Assembly (NCBI GenBank): GCA_964035545.1
Contig: OZ037766.1
Coordinates: 14,622,722-14,686,721 of the forward strand
Origin: Bugula neritina
Lineage: Eukaryota > Animalia > Bryozoa
DNA: 64,000 bases
Reading direction: 5' to 3'
Each line of letters starts with the position of its first letter. Position 1 is the first letter of the stretch. The position numbers and the translations under genes are program-made. The notes beneath the pieces are model-generated. The model made no database searches. It was not told the DNA's origin and was given only the letters and a program-made list of their open reading frames with translations. Shown here piece after piece: positions 50,001-64,000 of this stretch.

Positions 50001-53000
50001 TTGGCAATAGATTGGAGACTAAATTAACTATTTTTCTATGGCATGAGTCAAAGCAGCTAAAGAAGTGAATGAAGCAAGTTAGTTGTACTCACTTCATTCA
50101 TAGAAAAGCCAATTGCAATTGCTCCTAGGAGAATTGGGAATTGTACCCTAGGAGAAATGCTGATTGCAATCTTCCTTAGGAGAAATGCCAATTTGCAAAA
50201 ACAGTTAGAGTATAATGTTAAACAATAATTTTAATAGCTTTTATGAATACTGTGACAGCAGCTTTTTTGTTTAATGATTAAAATGAAAACTTTTCTGTGA
50301 AACATGTTTTGTGAAATGGGTTTGGCAATAGATTGGTGACTAAATTAACTATTTTTCTATGGCATGAGTCAAAGCAGCTAAAGAAGTGAATGAAGCAAGT
50401 AAGTTGTACTCACTTCATTCAGAGAAAAGCCAATCGCAATTGCTCCTAGGAGAATTGGGAATTGCACTATTGGGATTCGCAATCTCCCTAGCAATAAGGT
50501 CAAAAGGCCTTAGGAGAGATGCCAATTGGCATCTCCCCTAGGAGAAATGCTGATTGCAATCTTCCTTAGGAGAAATGCCAATTTGCAAAAACAGTTAGAG
50601 TATAATGTTAAACAATAATTTTAATAGCTTTTATGAATACTGTGACAGCAGCTTTTTTGTTTAATGATTAAAATGAAAACTTTTCTGTGAAACATGTTTT
50701 GTGAAATGGGTTTGGCAATAGATTGGTGACTAAATTAACTATTTTTCTATGGCATGAGTCAAAGCAGCTAAAGAAGTGAATGAAGCAAGTAAGTTGTACT
50801 CACTTCATTCAGAGAAAAGCCAATCGCAATTGCTCCTAGGAGAATTGGGAATTGCACTATTGGGATTCGCAATCTCCCTAGCAATAAGGTCAAAAGGCCT
50901 TAGGAGAGATGCCAATTGGCATCTCCCCTAGGAGAAATGCTGATTGCAATCCTCCCTAGGAGAAATGCCAATTTGCAAAAACAATTAGAGTATAATGTTA
51001 AACAATAATTTTAATAGCTTTTATGAATACTGTGGCAGCAGCTTTTTGGTTTAATGATTAAAATGAAAACTTTTCTGTAAAACATTTTTTGTGAAATAGG
51101 TTTGGCAATAGATTGGAGACTAAATTAACTATTTTTCTATGGCATGAGTCAAAGCAACTAAAGAAGTGAATGAAGCAAGTTAGTTGTACTCACTTCATTC
51201 ATAGAAAAGCCAATTGCAATTGCTCCTAGGAGAATTGGGAATTGTACCCTAGGAGAAATGCTGATTGCAATCTTCCTTAGGAGAAATGCCAATTTGCAAA
51301 AACAGTTAGAGTATAAAGTTAAACAATAATTTTAATAGCTTTTATGAATACTGTGACAGCAGCTTTTTTGTTTAATGATTAAAATGAAAACTTTTCTGTG
51401 AAACATGTTTTGTGAAATGGGTTTGGCAATAGATTGGTGACTAAATTAACTATTTTTCTATGGCATGAGTCAAAGCAGCCAAAGAAGTGAATGAAGCAAG
51501 TAAGTTGTACTCACTTCATTCAGAGAAAAGCCAATTGCAATTGCTCCTAGGAGAATTGGGAATTGTACTAGGGGGATTCACAATCTCCCTAGCAATAAGG
51601 TCAAAAGGTCTTAGGAGAGATGCCAATTGGCATCTCCCCTAGGAGGAATGCTGATTGCAATCCTCCCTAGGAGAAATGCCAATTTGCAAAAATAGTTAGA
51701 GTATAATGTTAAACAATTATTTTAATAGCTTTTATGAATACTGTGACAGCAGCTTTTTGGTTTAATGATTAAAATGAAAACTTTTCTGTAAAACATTTTT
51801 TGTGAAATGGGTTTGGCAATAGATTGGTGACTATACTAACCATTTTTCTATGGCATGAGTCAAAGCAGCTAAAGAAGTGAATGAAGCAAGTTAGTTGTAC
51901 TCACTTCATTCATAGAAAAGCCAATTGCAATTGCTCCTAGGAGAATTGGGAATTGTACCCTAGGAGAAATGCTGATTGCAATCTTCCTTAGGAGAAATGC
52001 CAATTTGCAAAAACAGTTAGAGTATAATGTTAAACAATAATTTTAATAGCTTTTATGAATACTGTGGCAGCAGCTTTTTGGTTTAATGATTAAAATGAAA
52101 ACTTTTCTGTAAAACATTTTTTGTTAAATAGGTTTGGCAATAGATTGGAGACTAAATTAACTATTTTTCTATGGCATGAGTCAAAGCAACTAAAGAAGTG
52201 AATGAAGCAAGTTAGTTGTACTCACTTCATTCATAGAAAAGCCAATTGCAATTGCTCCTAGGAGAATTGGGAATTGTACCCTAGGAGAAATGCTGCTTGC
52301 AATCTTCCTTAGGAGAAATGCCAATTTGCAAAAACAGTTAGAGTATAAAGTTAAACAATAATTTTAATAGCTTTTATGAATACTGTGACAGCAGCTTTTT
52401 TGTTTAATGATTAAAATGAAAACTTTTCTGTGAAACATGTTTTGTGAAATGGGTTTGGCAATAGATTGGTGACTAAATTAACTATTTTTCTATGGCATGA
52501 GTCAAAGCAGCCAAAGAAGTGAATGAAGCAAGTAAGTTGTACTCACTTCATTCAGAGAAAAGCCAATTGCAATTGCTCCTAGGAGAATTGGGAATTGCAC
52601 TATTGGGATTCGCAATCTCCCTAGCAATAAGGTCAAAAGGCCTTAGGAGAGATGCCAATTGGCATCTCCCCTAGGAGGAATGCTGATTGCAATCCTCCCT
52701 AGGAGAAATGCCAATTTGCAAAAATAGTTAGAGTATAATGTTAAACAATTATTTTAATAGCTTTTATGAATACTGTGACAGCAGCTTTTTGGTTTAATGA
52801 TTAAAATGAAAACTTTTCTGTAAAACATTTTTTGTGAAATGGGTTTGGCAATAGATTGGTGACTATACTAACCATTTTTCTATGGCATGAGTCAAAGCAG
52901 CTAAAGAAGTGAATGAAGCAAGTTAGTTGTACTCACTTCATTCATAGAAAAGCCAATTGCAATTGCTCCTAGGAGAATTGGGAATTGTACCCTAGGAGAA

Positions 53001-56000
53001 ATGCTGATTGCAATCTTCCTTAGGAGAAATGCCAATTTGCAAAAACAGTTAGAGTATAATGTTAAACAATAATTTTAATAGCTTTTATGAATACTGTGGC
53101 AGCAGCTTTTTGGTTTAATGATTAAAATGAAAACTTTTCTGTAAAACATTTTTTGTTAAATAGGTTTGGCAATAGATTGGAGACTAAATTAACTATTTTT
53201 CTATGGCATGAGTCAAAGCAACTAAAGAAGTGAATGAAGCAAGTTAGTTGTACTCACTTCATTCATAGAAAAGCCAATTGCAATTGCTCCTAGGAGAATT
53301 GGGAATTGTACCCTAGGAGAAATGCTGCTTGCAATCTTCCTTAGGAGAAATGCCAATTTGCAAAAACAGTTAGAGTATAAAGTTAAACAATAATTTTAAT
53401 AGCTTTTATGAATACTGTGACAGCAGCTTTTTTGTTTAATGATTAAAATGAAAACTTTTCTGTGAAACATGTTTTGTGAAATGGGTTTGGCAATAGATTG
53501 GTGACTAAATTAACTATTTTTCTATGGCATGAGTCAAAGCAGCCAAAGAAGTGAATGAAGCAAGTAAGTTGTACTCACTTCATTCAGAGAAAAGCCAATT
53601 GCAATTGCTCCTAGGAGAATTGGGAATTGCACTATTGGGATTCGCAATCTCCCTAGCAATAAGGTCAAAAGGCCTTAGGAGAGATGCCAATTGGCATCTC
53701 CCCTAGGAGAAATGCTGATTGCAATCCTCCCTAGGAGAAATGCCAATTTGCAAAAACAGTTAGAGTATAACGTTAAACAATAATTTTAATAGCTTTTATG
53801 AATACTGTGGCAGCAGCTTTTTGGTTTAATGATTAAAATGAAAACTTTTCTGTAAAACATTTTTTGTTAAATAGGTTTGGCAATAGATTGGAGACTAAAT
53901 TAACTATTTTTCTATGGCATGAGTCAAAGCAACTAAAGAAGTGAATGAAGCAAGTTAGTTGTACTCACTTCATTCATAGAAAAGCCAATTGCAATTGCTC
54001 CTAGGAGAATTGGGAATTGTACCCTAGGAGAAATGCTGATTGCAATCTTCCTTAGGAGAAATGCCAATTTGCAAAAACAGTTAGAGTATAAAGTTAAACA
54101 ATAATTTTAATAGCTTTTATGAATACTGTGACAGCAGCTTTTTTGTTTAATGATTAAAATGAAAACTTTTCTGTGAAACATGTTTTGTGAAATGGGTTTG
54201 GCAATAGATTGGTGACTAAATTAACTATTTTTCTATGGCATGAGTCAAAGCAGCCAAAGAAGTGAATGAAGCAAGTAAGTTGTACTCACTTCATTCAGAG
54301 AAAAGCCAATTGCAATTGCTCCTAGGAGAATTGGGAATTGTACCCTAGGAGAAAGTCTAATTGCAATCTTCCCTAGGAGAAATGCCACTTTGCAAAAACA
54401 GTTAGAGTATAATGTTAAACAATAATTCTAATAGCTTTTATGAATACTGTGACAGCAGCTTTTTGGTTTAATGATTAAAATGAAAACTTTTCTGTAAAAC
54501 ATTTTTTGTGAAATAGGTTTGGCAATAGATTGGTGACTAAATTAACTATATTTTTATGGCATGAGTCAAAGCAGCTAAAGAAGTGAATGAAGCAAGATAG
54601 TTGTACTCACTTCATTCATAGAAAAGCCAATTGCAATTGCTCCTAGGAGAATTGGGAATTGTACCCTAGGAGAAATGCTGATTGCAATCTTCCTTAGGAG
54701 ACATGCCAATTTGCAAAAACAGTTAGAATATAATGTAAAACAATAATTTTAATAGCTTTTATGAATACTGTGACAGCAGCTTTTTGGTTTAATGATTAAA
54801 ATGAAAACTTTTCTGTAAAACATTTTTTGTGAAATGGGTTTGGCAATAGATTGGTGACTATATTAACTATTTTTCTATGGCATGAGTCAAAGCAGCTAAA
54901 AAAGTGAATGAAGCAAGTTGGTTGTACCCACTTCATTCATAGAAAAGCCAATTGCAATTGCTCCTAGGAGAATTGGGAATTGTACCCTAGGAGAAAGTCT
55001 AATTGCAATCTTCCCTAGGAGAAATGCCAAATTGCAAAAACAGTTAGAGTATAATGTTAAACAATAATTTTAATAGCTTTTATGAATACTGTGACAGCAG
55101 CTTTTTGGTTTAATGATTAAAATGAAAACTTTTCTGTAAAACATTTTTTGTGAAATAGGTTTGGCAATAGATTGGAGACTAAATTAACTATTTTTCTATG
55201 GCATGAGTCAAAGCAACTAAAGAAGTGAATGAAGCAAGTTAGTTGTACTCACTTCATTCATAGAAAAGCCAATTGCAATTGCTCCTAGGAGAATTGGGAA
55301 TTGTACCCTAGGAGAAATGCTGATTGCAATCTTCCTTAGGAGAAATGCCAATTTGCAAAAACAGTTAGAGTATAAAGTTAAACAATAATTTTAATAGCTT
55401 TTATGAATACTGTGACAGCAGCTTTTTTGTTTAATGATTAAAATGAAAACTTTTCTGTGAAACATGTTTTGTGAAATGGGTTTGGCAATAGATTGGTGAC
55501 TAAATTAACTATTTTTCTATGGCATGAGTCAAAGCAGCCAAAGAAGTGAATGAAGCAAGTAAGTTGTACTCACTTCATTCAGAGAAAAGCCAATTGCAAT
55601 TGCTCCTAGGAGAATTGGGAATTGTACTAGGGGGATTCACAATCTCCCTAGCAATAAGGTCAAAAGGTCTTAGGAGAGATGCCAATTGGCATCTCCCCTA
55701 GGAGGAATGCTGATTGCAATCCTCCCTAGGAGAAATGCCAATTTGCAAAAATAGTTAGAGTATAATGTTAAACAATTATTTTAATAGCTTTTATGAATAC
55801 TGTGACAGCAGCTTTTTGGTTTAATGATTAAAATGAAAACTTTTCTGTATAACATTTTTTGTGAAATGGGTTTGGCAATAGATTGGTGACTATATTAACT
55901 ATTTTTCTATGGCATGAGTCAAAGCAGCTAAAAAAGTGAATGAAGCAAGTTAGTTGTACCCACTTCATTCATAGAAAAGCCAATTGCAATTGCTCCTAGG

Positions 56001-59000
56001 AGAATTGGGAATTGTACCCTAGGAGAAAGTCTAATTGCAATCTTCCCTAGGAGAAATGCCAAATTGCAAAAACAGTTAGAGTATAATGTAAAAACAATAA
56101 TTTTAATAGCTTTTATGAATACTGTGACAGCAGCTTTTTGGTTTAATGATTAAAATGAAATCTTTTCTGTAAAACAATTTTTTGTGAAATGGGTTTGGCA
56201 ATAGATTGGTGACTAAATTAACTATTTTTCTATGGCATGAGTCAAAGCAGCTAAAGAAGTGAATGAAGCAAGTTAGTTGTACTCACTTCATTCATAGAAA
56301 AGCCAATTGCAATTGCTCCTAGGAGAATTGGGAATTGTACCCTAGGAGAAATGCTGATTGCAATCTTCCTTAGGAGAAATGCCAATTTGCAAAAACAGTT
56401 AGAGTATAATGTTAAACAATAATTTTAATAGCTTTTATGAATACTGTGGCAGCAGCTTTTTGGTTTAATGATTAAAATGAAAACTTTTCTGTAAAACATT
56501 TTTTGTTAAATAGGTTTGGCAATAGATTGGAGACTAAATTAACTATTTTTCTATGGCATGAGTCAAAGCAACTAAAGAAGTGAATGAAGCAAGTTAGTTG
56601 TACTCACTTCATTCATAGAAAAGCCAATTGCAATTGCTCCTAGGAGAATTGGGAATTGTACCCTAGGAGAAATGCTGATTGCAATCTTCCTTAGGAGAAA
56701 TGCCAATTTGCAAAATCAGTTAGAGTATAAAGTTAAACAATAATTTTAATAGCTTTTATGAATACTGTGACAGCAGCTTTTTTGTTTAATGATTAAAATG
56801 AAAACTTTTCTGTGAAACATGTTTTGTGAAATGGGTTTGGCAATAGATTGGTGACTAAATTAACTATTTTTCTATGGCATGAGTCAAAGCAGCCAAAGAA
56901 GTGAATGAAGCAAGTAAGTTGTACTCACTTCATTCAGAGAAAAGCCAATTGCAATTGCTCCTAGGAGAATTGGGAATTGTACCCTAGGAGAAATGCTGAT
57001 TGCAATCTTCCTTAGGAAAAATGCCAATTTGCAAAAACAGTTAGAGTATAAAGTTAAACAATAATTTTAATAGCTTTTATGAATACTGTGACAGCAGCTT
57101 TTTTGTTTAATGATTAAAATGAAAACTTTTCTGTGAAACATGTTTTGTGAAATGGGTTTGGCAATAGATTGGTAACTAAATTAACTATTTTTCTATGGTA
57201 TGAGTCAAAGCAGCCAAAGAAGTGAATGAAGCAAGTAAGTTGTACTCACTTCATTCAGAGAAAAGCCAATTGCAATTGCTCCTAGGAGAATTGGGAATTG
57301 TACTAGGGGGATTCACAATCTCCCTAGCAATAAGGTCAAAAGGTCTGAGGAGAGATGCCAATTGGCATCTCCCCTAGGAGAAATGCTGATTGCAATCCTC
57401 CCTAGGAGAAATGCCAATTTGCAAAAATAGTTAGAGTATAATGTTAAACAATTATTTTAATAGCTTTTATGAATACTGTGACAGCAGCTTTTTGGTTTAA
57501 TGATTAAAATGAAAACTTTTCTGTAAAACATTTTTTGTGAAATGGGTTTGGCAATAGATTGGTGACTATATTAACTATTTTTCTATGGCATGAGTCAAAG
57601 CAGCTAAAAAAGTGAATGAAGCAAGTTAGTTGTACCCACTTCATTCATAGAAAAGCCAATTGCAATTGCTCCTAGGAGAATTGGGAATTGTACCCTAGGA
57701 GAAAGTCTAATTGCAATCTTCCCTAGGAGAAATGCCAAATTGCAAAAACAGTTAGAGTATAATGTTAAACAATAATTTTAATAGCTTTTATGAATACTGT
57801 GACAGCAGCTTTTTGGTTTAATGATTAAAATGAAAACTTTTCTGTAAAACAATTTTTTGTGAAATGGGTTTGGCAATAGATTGGTGACTAAATTAACTAT
57901 TTTTCTATGGCATGAGTCAAAGCAGCTAAAGAAGTGAATGAAGCAAGTTAGTTGTACTCACTTCATTCATAGAAAAGCCAATTGCAATTGCTCCTAGGAG
58001 AATTGGGAATTGTACGCTAGGAGAAATGCTGATTGCAATCTTCCCTAGGAGAAATGCCAATTTGCAAAAACAGTTAGAGTATAATGTTAAACAATAATTT
58101 TAATAGCTTTTATGAATACTGTGATGGCAGCTTTTTGGTTTAATGATTAAAATGAAAACTTTTCTGTGAAACATGTTTTGTGAAATGGGTTTGGCAATAG
58201 ATTGGTGACTAAATTAACTATTTTTCTATGGCATGAGTCAAAGCAGCTAAAGAAGTGAATGAAGCAAGTAAGTTGTACTCAGTTCATTCAGAGAAAAGCC
58301 AATCGCAATTGCTCCTAGGAGAATTGGGAACTGTACTAGGGGGATTCGCAATCTCCCTAGCAATAAGGTCAAAAGGTCTTAGGAGAGATGCCAATTGGCA
58401 TCTCCCCTAGGAGAAATGCTGATTGCAATCCTCCCTAGGAGAAATGCCAATTTGCAAAAATAGTTAGAGTATAATGTTAAACAATTATTTTAATAGCTTT
58501 TATGAATACTGTGGCAGCATCTTTTTGGTTTAATGATTAAAATGAAAACTTTTCTGTAAAACATTTTTTGTGAAATGGGTTTGGCAATAGATTGGTGACT
58601 AAATTAACTATTTTTCTATGGCATGAGTCAAAACAGCTAAAGAAGTGAATGAAGCAAATTAGTTGTACTCACTTCATTCATAGAAAAGCCAATTGCAATT
58701 GCTCCTAGGAGAATTGGGAATTGTACCCTAGGAGAAAGTCTAATTGCAATCTTCCCTAGGAGAAATGCCACTTTGCAAAAACAGTTAGAGTATAATGTTA
58801 AACAATAATTCTAATAGCTTTTATGAATACTGTGACAGCAGCTTTTTGGTTTAATGATTAAAATGAAAACTTTTCTGTAAAACATTTTTTGTGAAATAGG
58901 TTTGGCAATAGATTGGTGACTAAATTAACTATATTTTTATGGCATGAGTCAAAGCAGCTAAAGAAGTGAATGAAGCAAGATAGTTGTACTCACTTCATTC

Positions 59001-62000
59001 ATAGAAAAGCCAATTGCAATTGCTCCTAGGAGAATTGGGAATTGTACCCTAGGAGAAATGCTGATTGCAATCTTCCTTAGGAGACATGCCAATTTGCAAA
59101 AACAGTTAGAATATAATGTAAAACAATAATTTTAATAGCTTTTATGAATACTGTGACAGCAGCTTTTTGGTTTAATGATTAAAATGAAAACTTTTCTGTA
59201 AAACATTTTTTGTGAAATGGGTTTGGCAATAGATTGGTGACTATATTAACTATTTTTCTATGGCATGAGTCAAAGCAGCTAAAAAAGTGAATGAAGCAAG
59301 TTGGTTGTACCCACTTCATTCATAGAAAAGCCAATTGCAATTGCTCCTAGGAGAATTGGGAATTGTACCCTAGGAGAAAGTCTAATTGCAATCTTCCCTA
59401 GGAGAAATGCCAAATTGCAAAAACAGTTAGAGTATAATGTTAAACAATAATTTTAATAGCTTTTATGAATACTGTGACAGCAGCTTTTTGGTTTAATGAT
59501 TAAAATGAAAACTTTTCTGTAAAACATTTTTTGTGAAATAGGTTTGGCAATAGATTGGAGACTAAATTAACTATTTTTCTATGGCATGAGTCAAAGCAGC
59601 TAAAGAAGTGAATGAAGCAAGTTAGTTGTACTCACTTCATTCATAGAAAAGCCAATTGCAATTGCTCCTAGGAGAATTGGGAATTGTACCCTAGGAGAAA
59701 TGCTGATTGCAATCTTCCTTAGGAGAAATGCCAATTTGCAAAAACAGTTAGAGTATAATGTTAAACAATAATTTTAATAGCTTTTATGAATACTGTGACA
59801 GCAGCTTTTTTGTTTAATGATTAAAATGAAAACTTTTCTGTGAAACATGTTTTGTGAAATGGGTTTGGCAATAGATTGGTGACTAAATTAACTATTTTTC
59901 TATGGCATGAGTCAAAGCAGCTAAAGAAGTGAATGAAGCAAGTAAGTTGTACTCACTTCATTCAGAGAAAAGCCAATCGCAATTGCTCCTAGGAGAATTG
60001 GGAATTGCACTATTGGGATTCGCAATCTCCCTAGCAATAAGGTCAAAAGGCCTTAGGAGAGATGCCAATTGGCATCTCCCCTAGGAGAAATGCTGATTGC
60101 AATCCTCCCTAGGAGAAATGCCAATTTGCAAAAACAGTTAGAGTATAACGTTAAACAATAATTTTAATAGCTTTTATGAATACTGTGGCAGCAGCTTTTT
60201 GGTTTAATGATTAAAATGAAAACTTTTCTGTAAAACATTTTTTGTTAAATAGGTTTGGCAATAGATTGGAGACTAAATTAACTATTTTTCTATGGCATGA
60301 GTCAAAGCAACTAAAGAAGTGAATGAAGCAAGTTAGTTGTACTCACTTCATTCATAGAAAAGCCAATTGCAATTGCTCCTAGGAGAATTGGGAATTGTAC
60401 CCTAGGAGAAATGCTGATTGCAATCTTCCTTAGGAGAAATGCCAATTTGCAAAAACAGTTAGAGTATAAAGTTAAACAATAATTTTAATAGCTTTTATGA
60501 ATACTGTGACAGCAGCTTTTTTGTTTAATGATTAAAATGAAAACTTTTCTGTGAAACATGTTTTGTGAAATGGGTTTGGCAATAGATTGGTGACTAAATT
60601 AACTATTTTTCTATGGCATGAGTCAAAGCAGCCAAAGAAGTGAATGAAGCAAGTAAGTTGTACTCACTTCATTCAGAGAAAAGCCAATTGCAATTGCTCC
60701 TAGGAGAATTGGGAATTGTACCCTAGGAGAAAGTCTAATTGCAATCTTCCCTAGGAGAAATGCCACTTTGCAAAAACAGTTAGAGTATAATGTTAAACAA
60801 TAATTCTACTAGCTTTTATGAATACTGTGACAGCAGCTTTTTGGTTTAATGATTAAAATGAAAACTTTTCTGTAAAACATTTTTTGTGAAATAGGTTTGG
60901 CAATAGATTGGTGACTAAATTAACTATATTTTTATGGCATGAGTCAAAGCAGCTAAAGAAGTGAATGAAGCAAGATAGTTGTACTCACTTCATTCATAGA
61001 AAAGCCAATTGCAATTGCTCCTAGGAGAATTGGGAATTGCACTATTGGGATTCGCAATCTCCCTAGCAATAAGGTCAAAAGGCCTTAGGAGAGATGCCAA
61101 TTGGCATCTCCCCTAGGAGAAATGCTGATTGCAATCCTCCCTAGGAGAAATGCCAATTTGCAAAAACAATTAGAGTATAATGTTAAACAATAATTTTAAT
61201 AGCTTTTATGAATACTGTGGCAGCAGCTTTTTGGTTTAATGATTAAAATGAAAACTTTTCTGTAAAACATTTTTTGTGAAATAGGTTTGGCAATAGATTG
61301 GAGACTAAATTAACTGTTTTTCTATGGCATGAGTCAAAGCAACTAAAGAAGTGAATGAAGCAAGTTAGTTGTACTCACTTCATTCATAGAAAAGCCAATT
61401 GCAATTGCTCCTAGGAGAATTGGGAATTGTACCCTAGGAGAAATGCTGATTGCAATCTTCCTTAGGAGAAATGCCAATTTGCAAAAACAGTTAGAGTATA
61501 AAGTTAAACAATAATTTTAATAGCTTTTATGAATACTGTGACAGCAGCTTTTTTGTTTAATGATTAAAATGAAAACTTTTCTGTGAAACATGTTTTGTGA
61601 AATGGGTTTGGCAATAGATTGGTGACTAAATTAACTATTTTTCTATGGCATGAGTCAAAGCAGCCAAAGAAGTGAATGAAGCAAGTAAGTTGTACTCACT
61701 TCATTCAGAGAAAAGCCAATTGCAATTGCTCCTAGGAGAATTGGGAATTGTACTAGGGGGATTCACAATCTCCCTAGCAATAAGGTCAAAAGGTCTTAGG
61801 AGAGATGCCAATTGGCATCTCCCCTAGGAGGAATGCTGATTGCAATCCTCCCTAGGAGAAATGCCAATTTGCAAAAATAGTTAGAGTATAATGTTAAACA
61901 ATTATTTTAATAGCTTTTATGAATACTGTGACAGCAGCTTTTTGGTTTAATGATTAAAATGAAAACTTTTCTGTAAAACATTTTTTGTGAAATGGGTTTG

Positions 62001-64000
62001 GCAATAGATTGGTGACTATACTAACCATTTTTCTATGGCATGAGTCAAAGCAGCTAAAGAAGTGAATGAAGCAAGTTAGTTGTACTCACTTCATTCATAG
62101 AAAAGCCAATTGCAATTGCTCCTAGGAGAATTGGGAATTGTACCCTAGGAGAAATGCTGATTGCAATCTTCCTTAGGAGAAATGCCAATTTGCAAAAACA
62201 GTTAGAGTATAATGTTAAACAATAATTTTAATAGCTTTTATGAATACTGTGGCAGCAGCTTTTTGGTTTAATGATTAAAATGAAAACTTTTCTGTAAAAC
62301 ATTTTTTGTTAAATAGGTTTGGCAATAGATTGGAGACTAAATTAACTATTTTTCTATGGCATGAGTCAAAGCAACTAAAGAAGTGAATGAAGCAAGTTAG
62401 TTGTACTCACTTCATTCATAGAAAAGCCAATTGCAATTGCTCCTAGGAGAATTGGGAATTGTACCCTAGGAGAAATGCTGCTTGCAATCTTCCTTAGGAG
62501 AAATGCCAATTTGCAAAAACAGTTAGAGTATAAAGTTAAACAATAATTTTAATAGCTTTTATGAATACTGTGACAGCAGCTTTTTTGTTTAATGATTAAA
62601 ATGAAAACTTTTCTGTGAAACATGTTTTGTGAAATGGGTTTGGCAATAGATTGGTGACTAAATTAACTATTTTTCTATGGCATGAGTCAAAGCAGCCAAA
62701 GAAGTGAATGAAGCAAGTAAGTTGTACTCACTTCATTCAGAGAAAAGCCAATTGCAATTGCTCCTAGGAGAATTGGGAATTGTACTAGGGGGATTCACAA
62801 TCTCCCTAGCAATAAGGTCAAAAGGTCTTAGGAGAGATGCCAATTGGCATCTCCCCTAGGAGAAATGCTGATTGCAATCCTCCCTAGGAGAAATGCCAAT
62901 TTGCAAAAATAGTTAGAGTATAATGTTAAACAATTATTTTAATAGCTTTTATGAATACTGTGACAGCAGCTTTTTGGTTTAATGATTAAAATGAAAACTT
63001 TTCTGTAAAACATTTTTTGTGAAATGGGTTTGGCAATAGATTGGTGACTATATTAACTATTTTTCTATGGCATGAGTCAAAGCAGCTAAAGAAGTGAATG
63101 AAGCAAGTAAGTTGTACTCACTTCATTCATAGAAAAGCCAATTGCAATTGCTCCTAGGAGAATTGGGAATTGTACCCTAGGAGAAAGTCTAATTGCAATC
63201 TTCCCTAGGAGAAATGCCAAATTGCAAAAACAGTTAGAGTATAATGTTAAACAATAATTTTAATAGCTTTTATGAATACTGTGACAGAAGCTTTTTGGTT
63301 TAATGATTAAAATGAAAACTTTTCTGTAAAACAATTTTTTGTGAAATGGGTTTGGCAATAGATTGGTGACTAAATTAACTATTTTTCTATGGCATGAGTC
63401 AAAGCAGCTAAAGAAGTGAATGAAGCAAGTTAGTTGTACTCACTTCATTCATAGAAAAGCCAATTGCAATTGCTCCTAGGAGAATTGGGAATTGTACGCT
63501 AGGAGAAATGCTGATTGCAATCTTCCCTAGGAGAAATGCCAATTTGCAAAAACAGTTAGAGTATAATGTTAAACAATAATTTTAATAGCTTTTATGAATA
63601 CTGTGATGGCAGCTTTTTGGTTTAATGATTAAAATGAAAACTTTTCTGTGAAACATGTTTTGTGAAATGGGTTTGGCAATAGATTGGTGACTAAATTAAC
63701 TATTTTTCTATGGCATGAGTCAAAGCAGCTAAAGAAGTGAATGAAGCAAGTAAGTTGTACTCAGTTCATTCAGAGAAAAGCCAATCGCAATTGCTCCTAG
63801 GAGAATTGGGAACTGTACTAGGGGGATTCGCAATCTCCCTAGCAATAAGGTCAAAAGGTCTTAGGAGAGATGCCAATTGGCATCTCCCCTAGGAGAAATG
63901 CTGATTGCAATCCTCCCTAGGAGAAATGCCAATTTGCAAAAATAGTTAGAGTATAATGTTAAACAATTATTTTAATAGCTTTTATGAATACTGTGGCAGC
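23045..64000. repeat. Satellite DNA array, ~120 head-to-tail monomers of 321(322) and 390 bp with higher-order repeats; runs off the window
   Basis: The marker GAATACTGTG occurs at 23610, 23931, 24321, 24642, 24964, 25354, 25675, 25996, 26386, 26707, 27097, 27418, 27739, 28129, 28450 and 28840 (spacings 321/322/390). No insertions or strand switches were seen. Confidence 0.98.

Noticed and set aside
23045-64000. CRISPR-like or coding interpretation of the array, including ORF 45514-45714 and ORF 22986-23273
   Set aside because: Units are fully repeated with no unique spacers and the context is eukaryotic. The ORFs arise from chance loss of stop codons in single monomers.

Overview
Repeat-rich animal genomic DNA, probably a marine invertebrate, spanning a transition from nested transposons into a satellite array. 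(1) 1-3226 is one end of an apparently intact Polinton/Maverick (adintovirus-like) element. It carries a minus-strand Zn-ribbon + phospholipase-A2 + rve integrase fusion that the ORF track misses, a divergent A32-type packaging ATPase and a repeat-containing fibre-like ORF. Its terminus ends in ACTACT and can fold into a 104-nt hairpin. The two divergent genes are separated by only 12 bp, inside a perfect 18-bp palindrome that reads TAAATG on both strands. (2) A single exon resembling radial spoke head protein RSPH4/6 lies at 3444-3586. (3) 4.0-22.8 kb is a nest of decayed elements: an AcademX (XPG-nuclease) DNA transposon containing a tRNA-like sequence, and a BEL/Pao remnant split by a Gypsy element whose two LTRs do not match although its TSD does. 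It also holds a hAT-Charlie element, a Harbinger MITE and a 1.1-kb deleted Gypsy that shares a coiled-coil accessory ORF with the large one. (4) About 23.05 kb to the end of the window is a highly homogeneous, palindrome-rich satellite of 321-bp and 390-bp monomers arranged in shifting higher-order repeats (1743, 1995 and 1032 bp), which looks (peri)centromeric. All family assignments come from motifs recognised by eye; no database searches were run.
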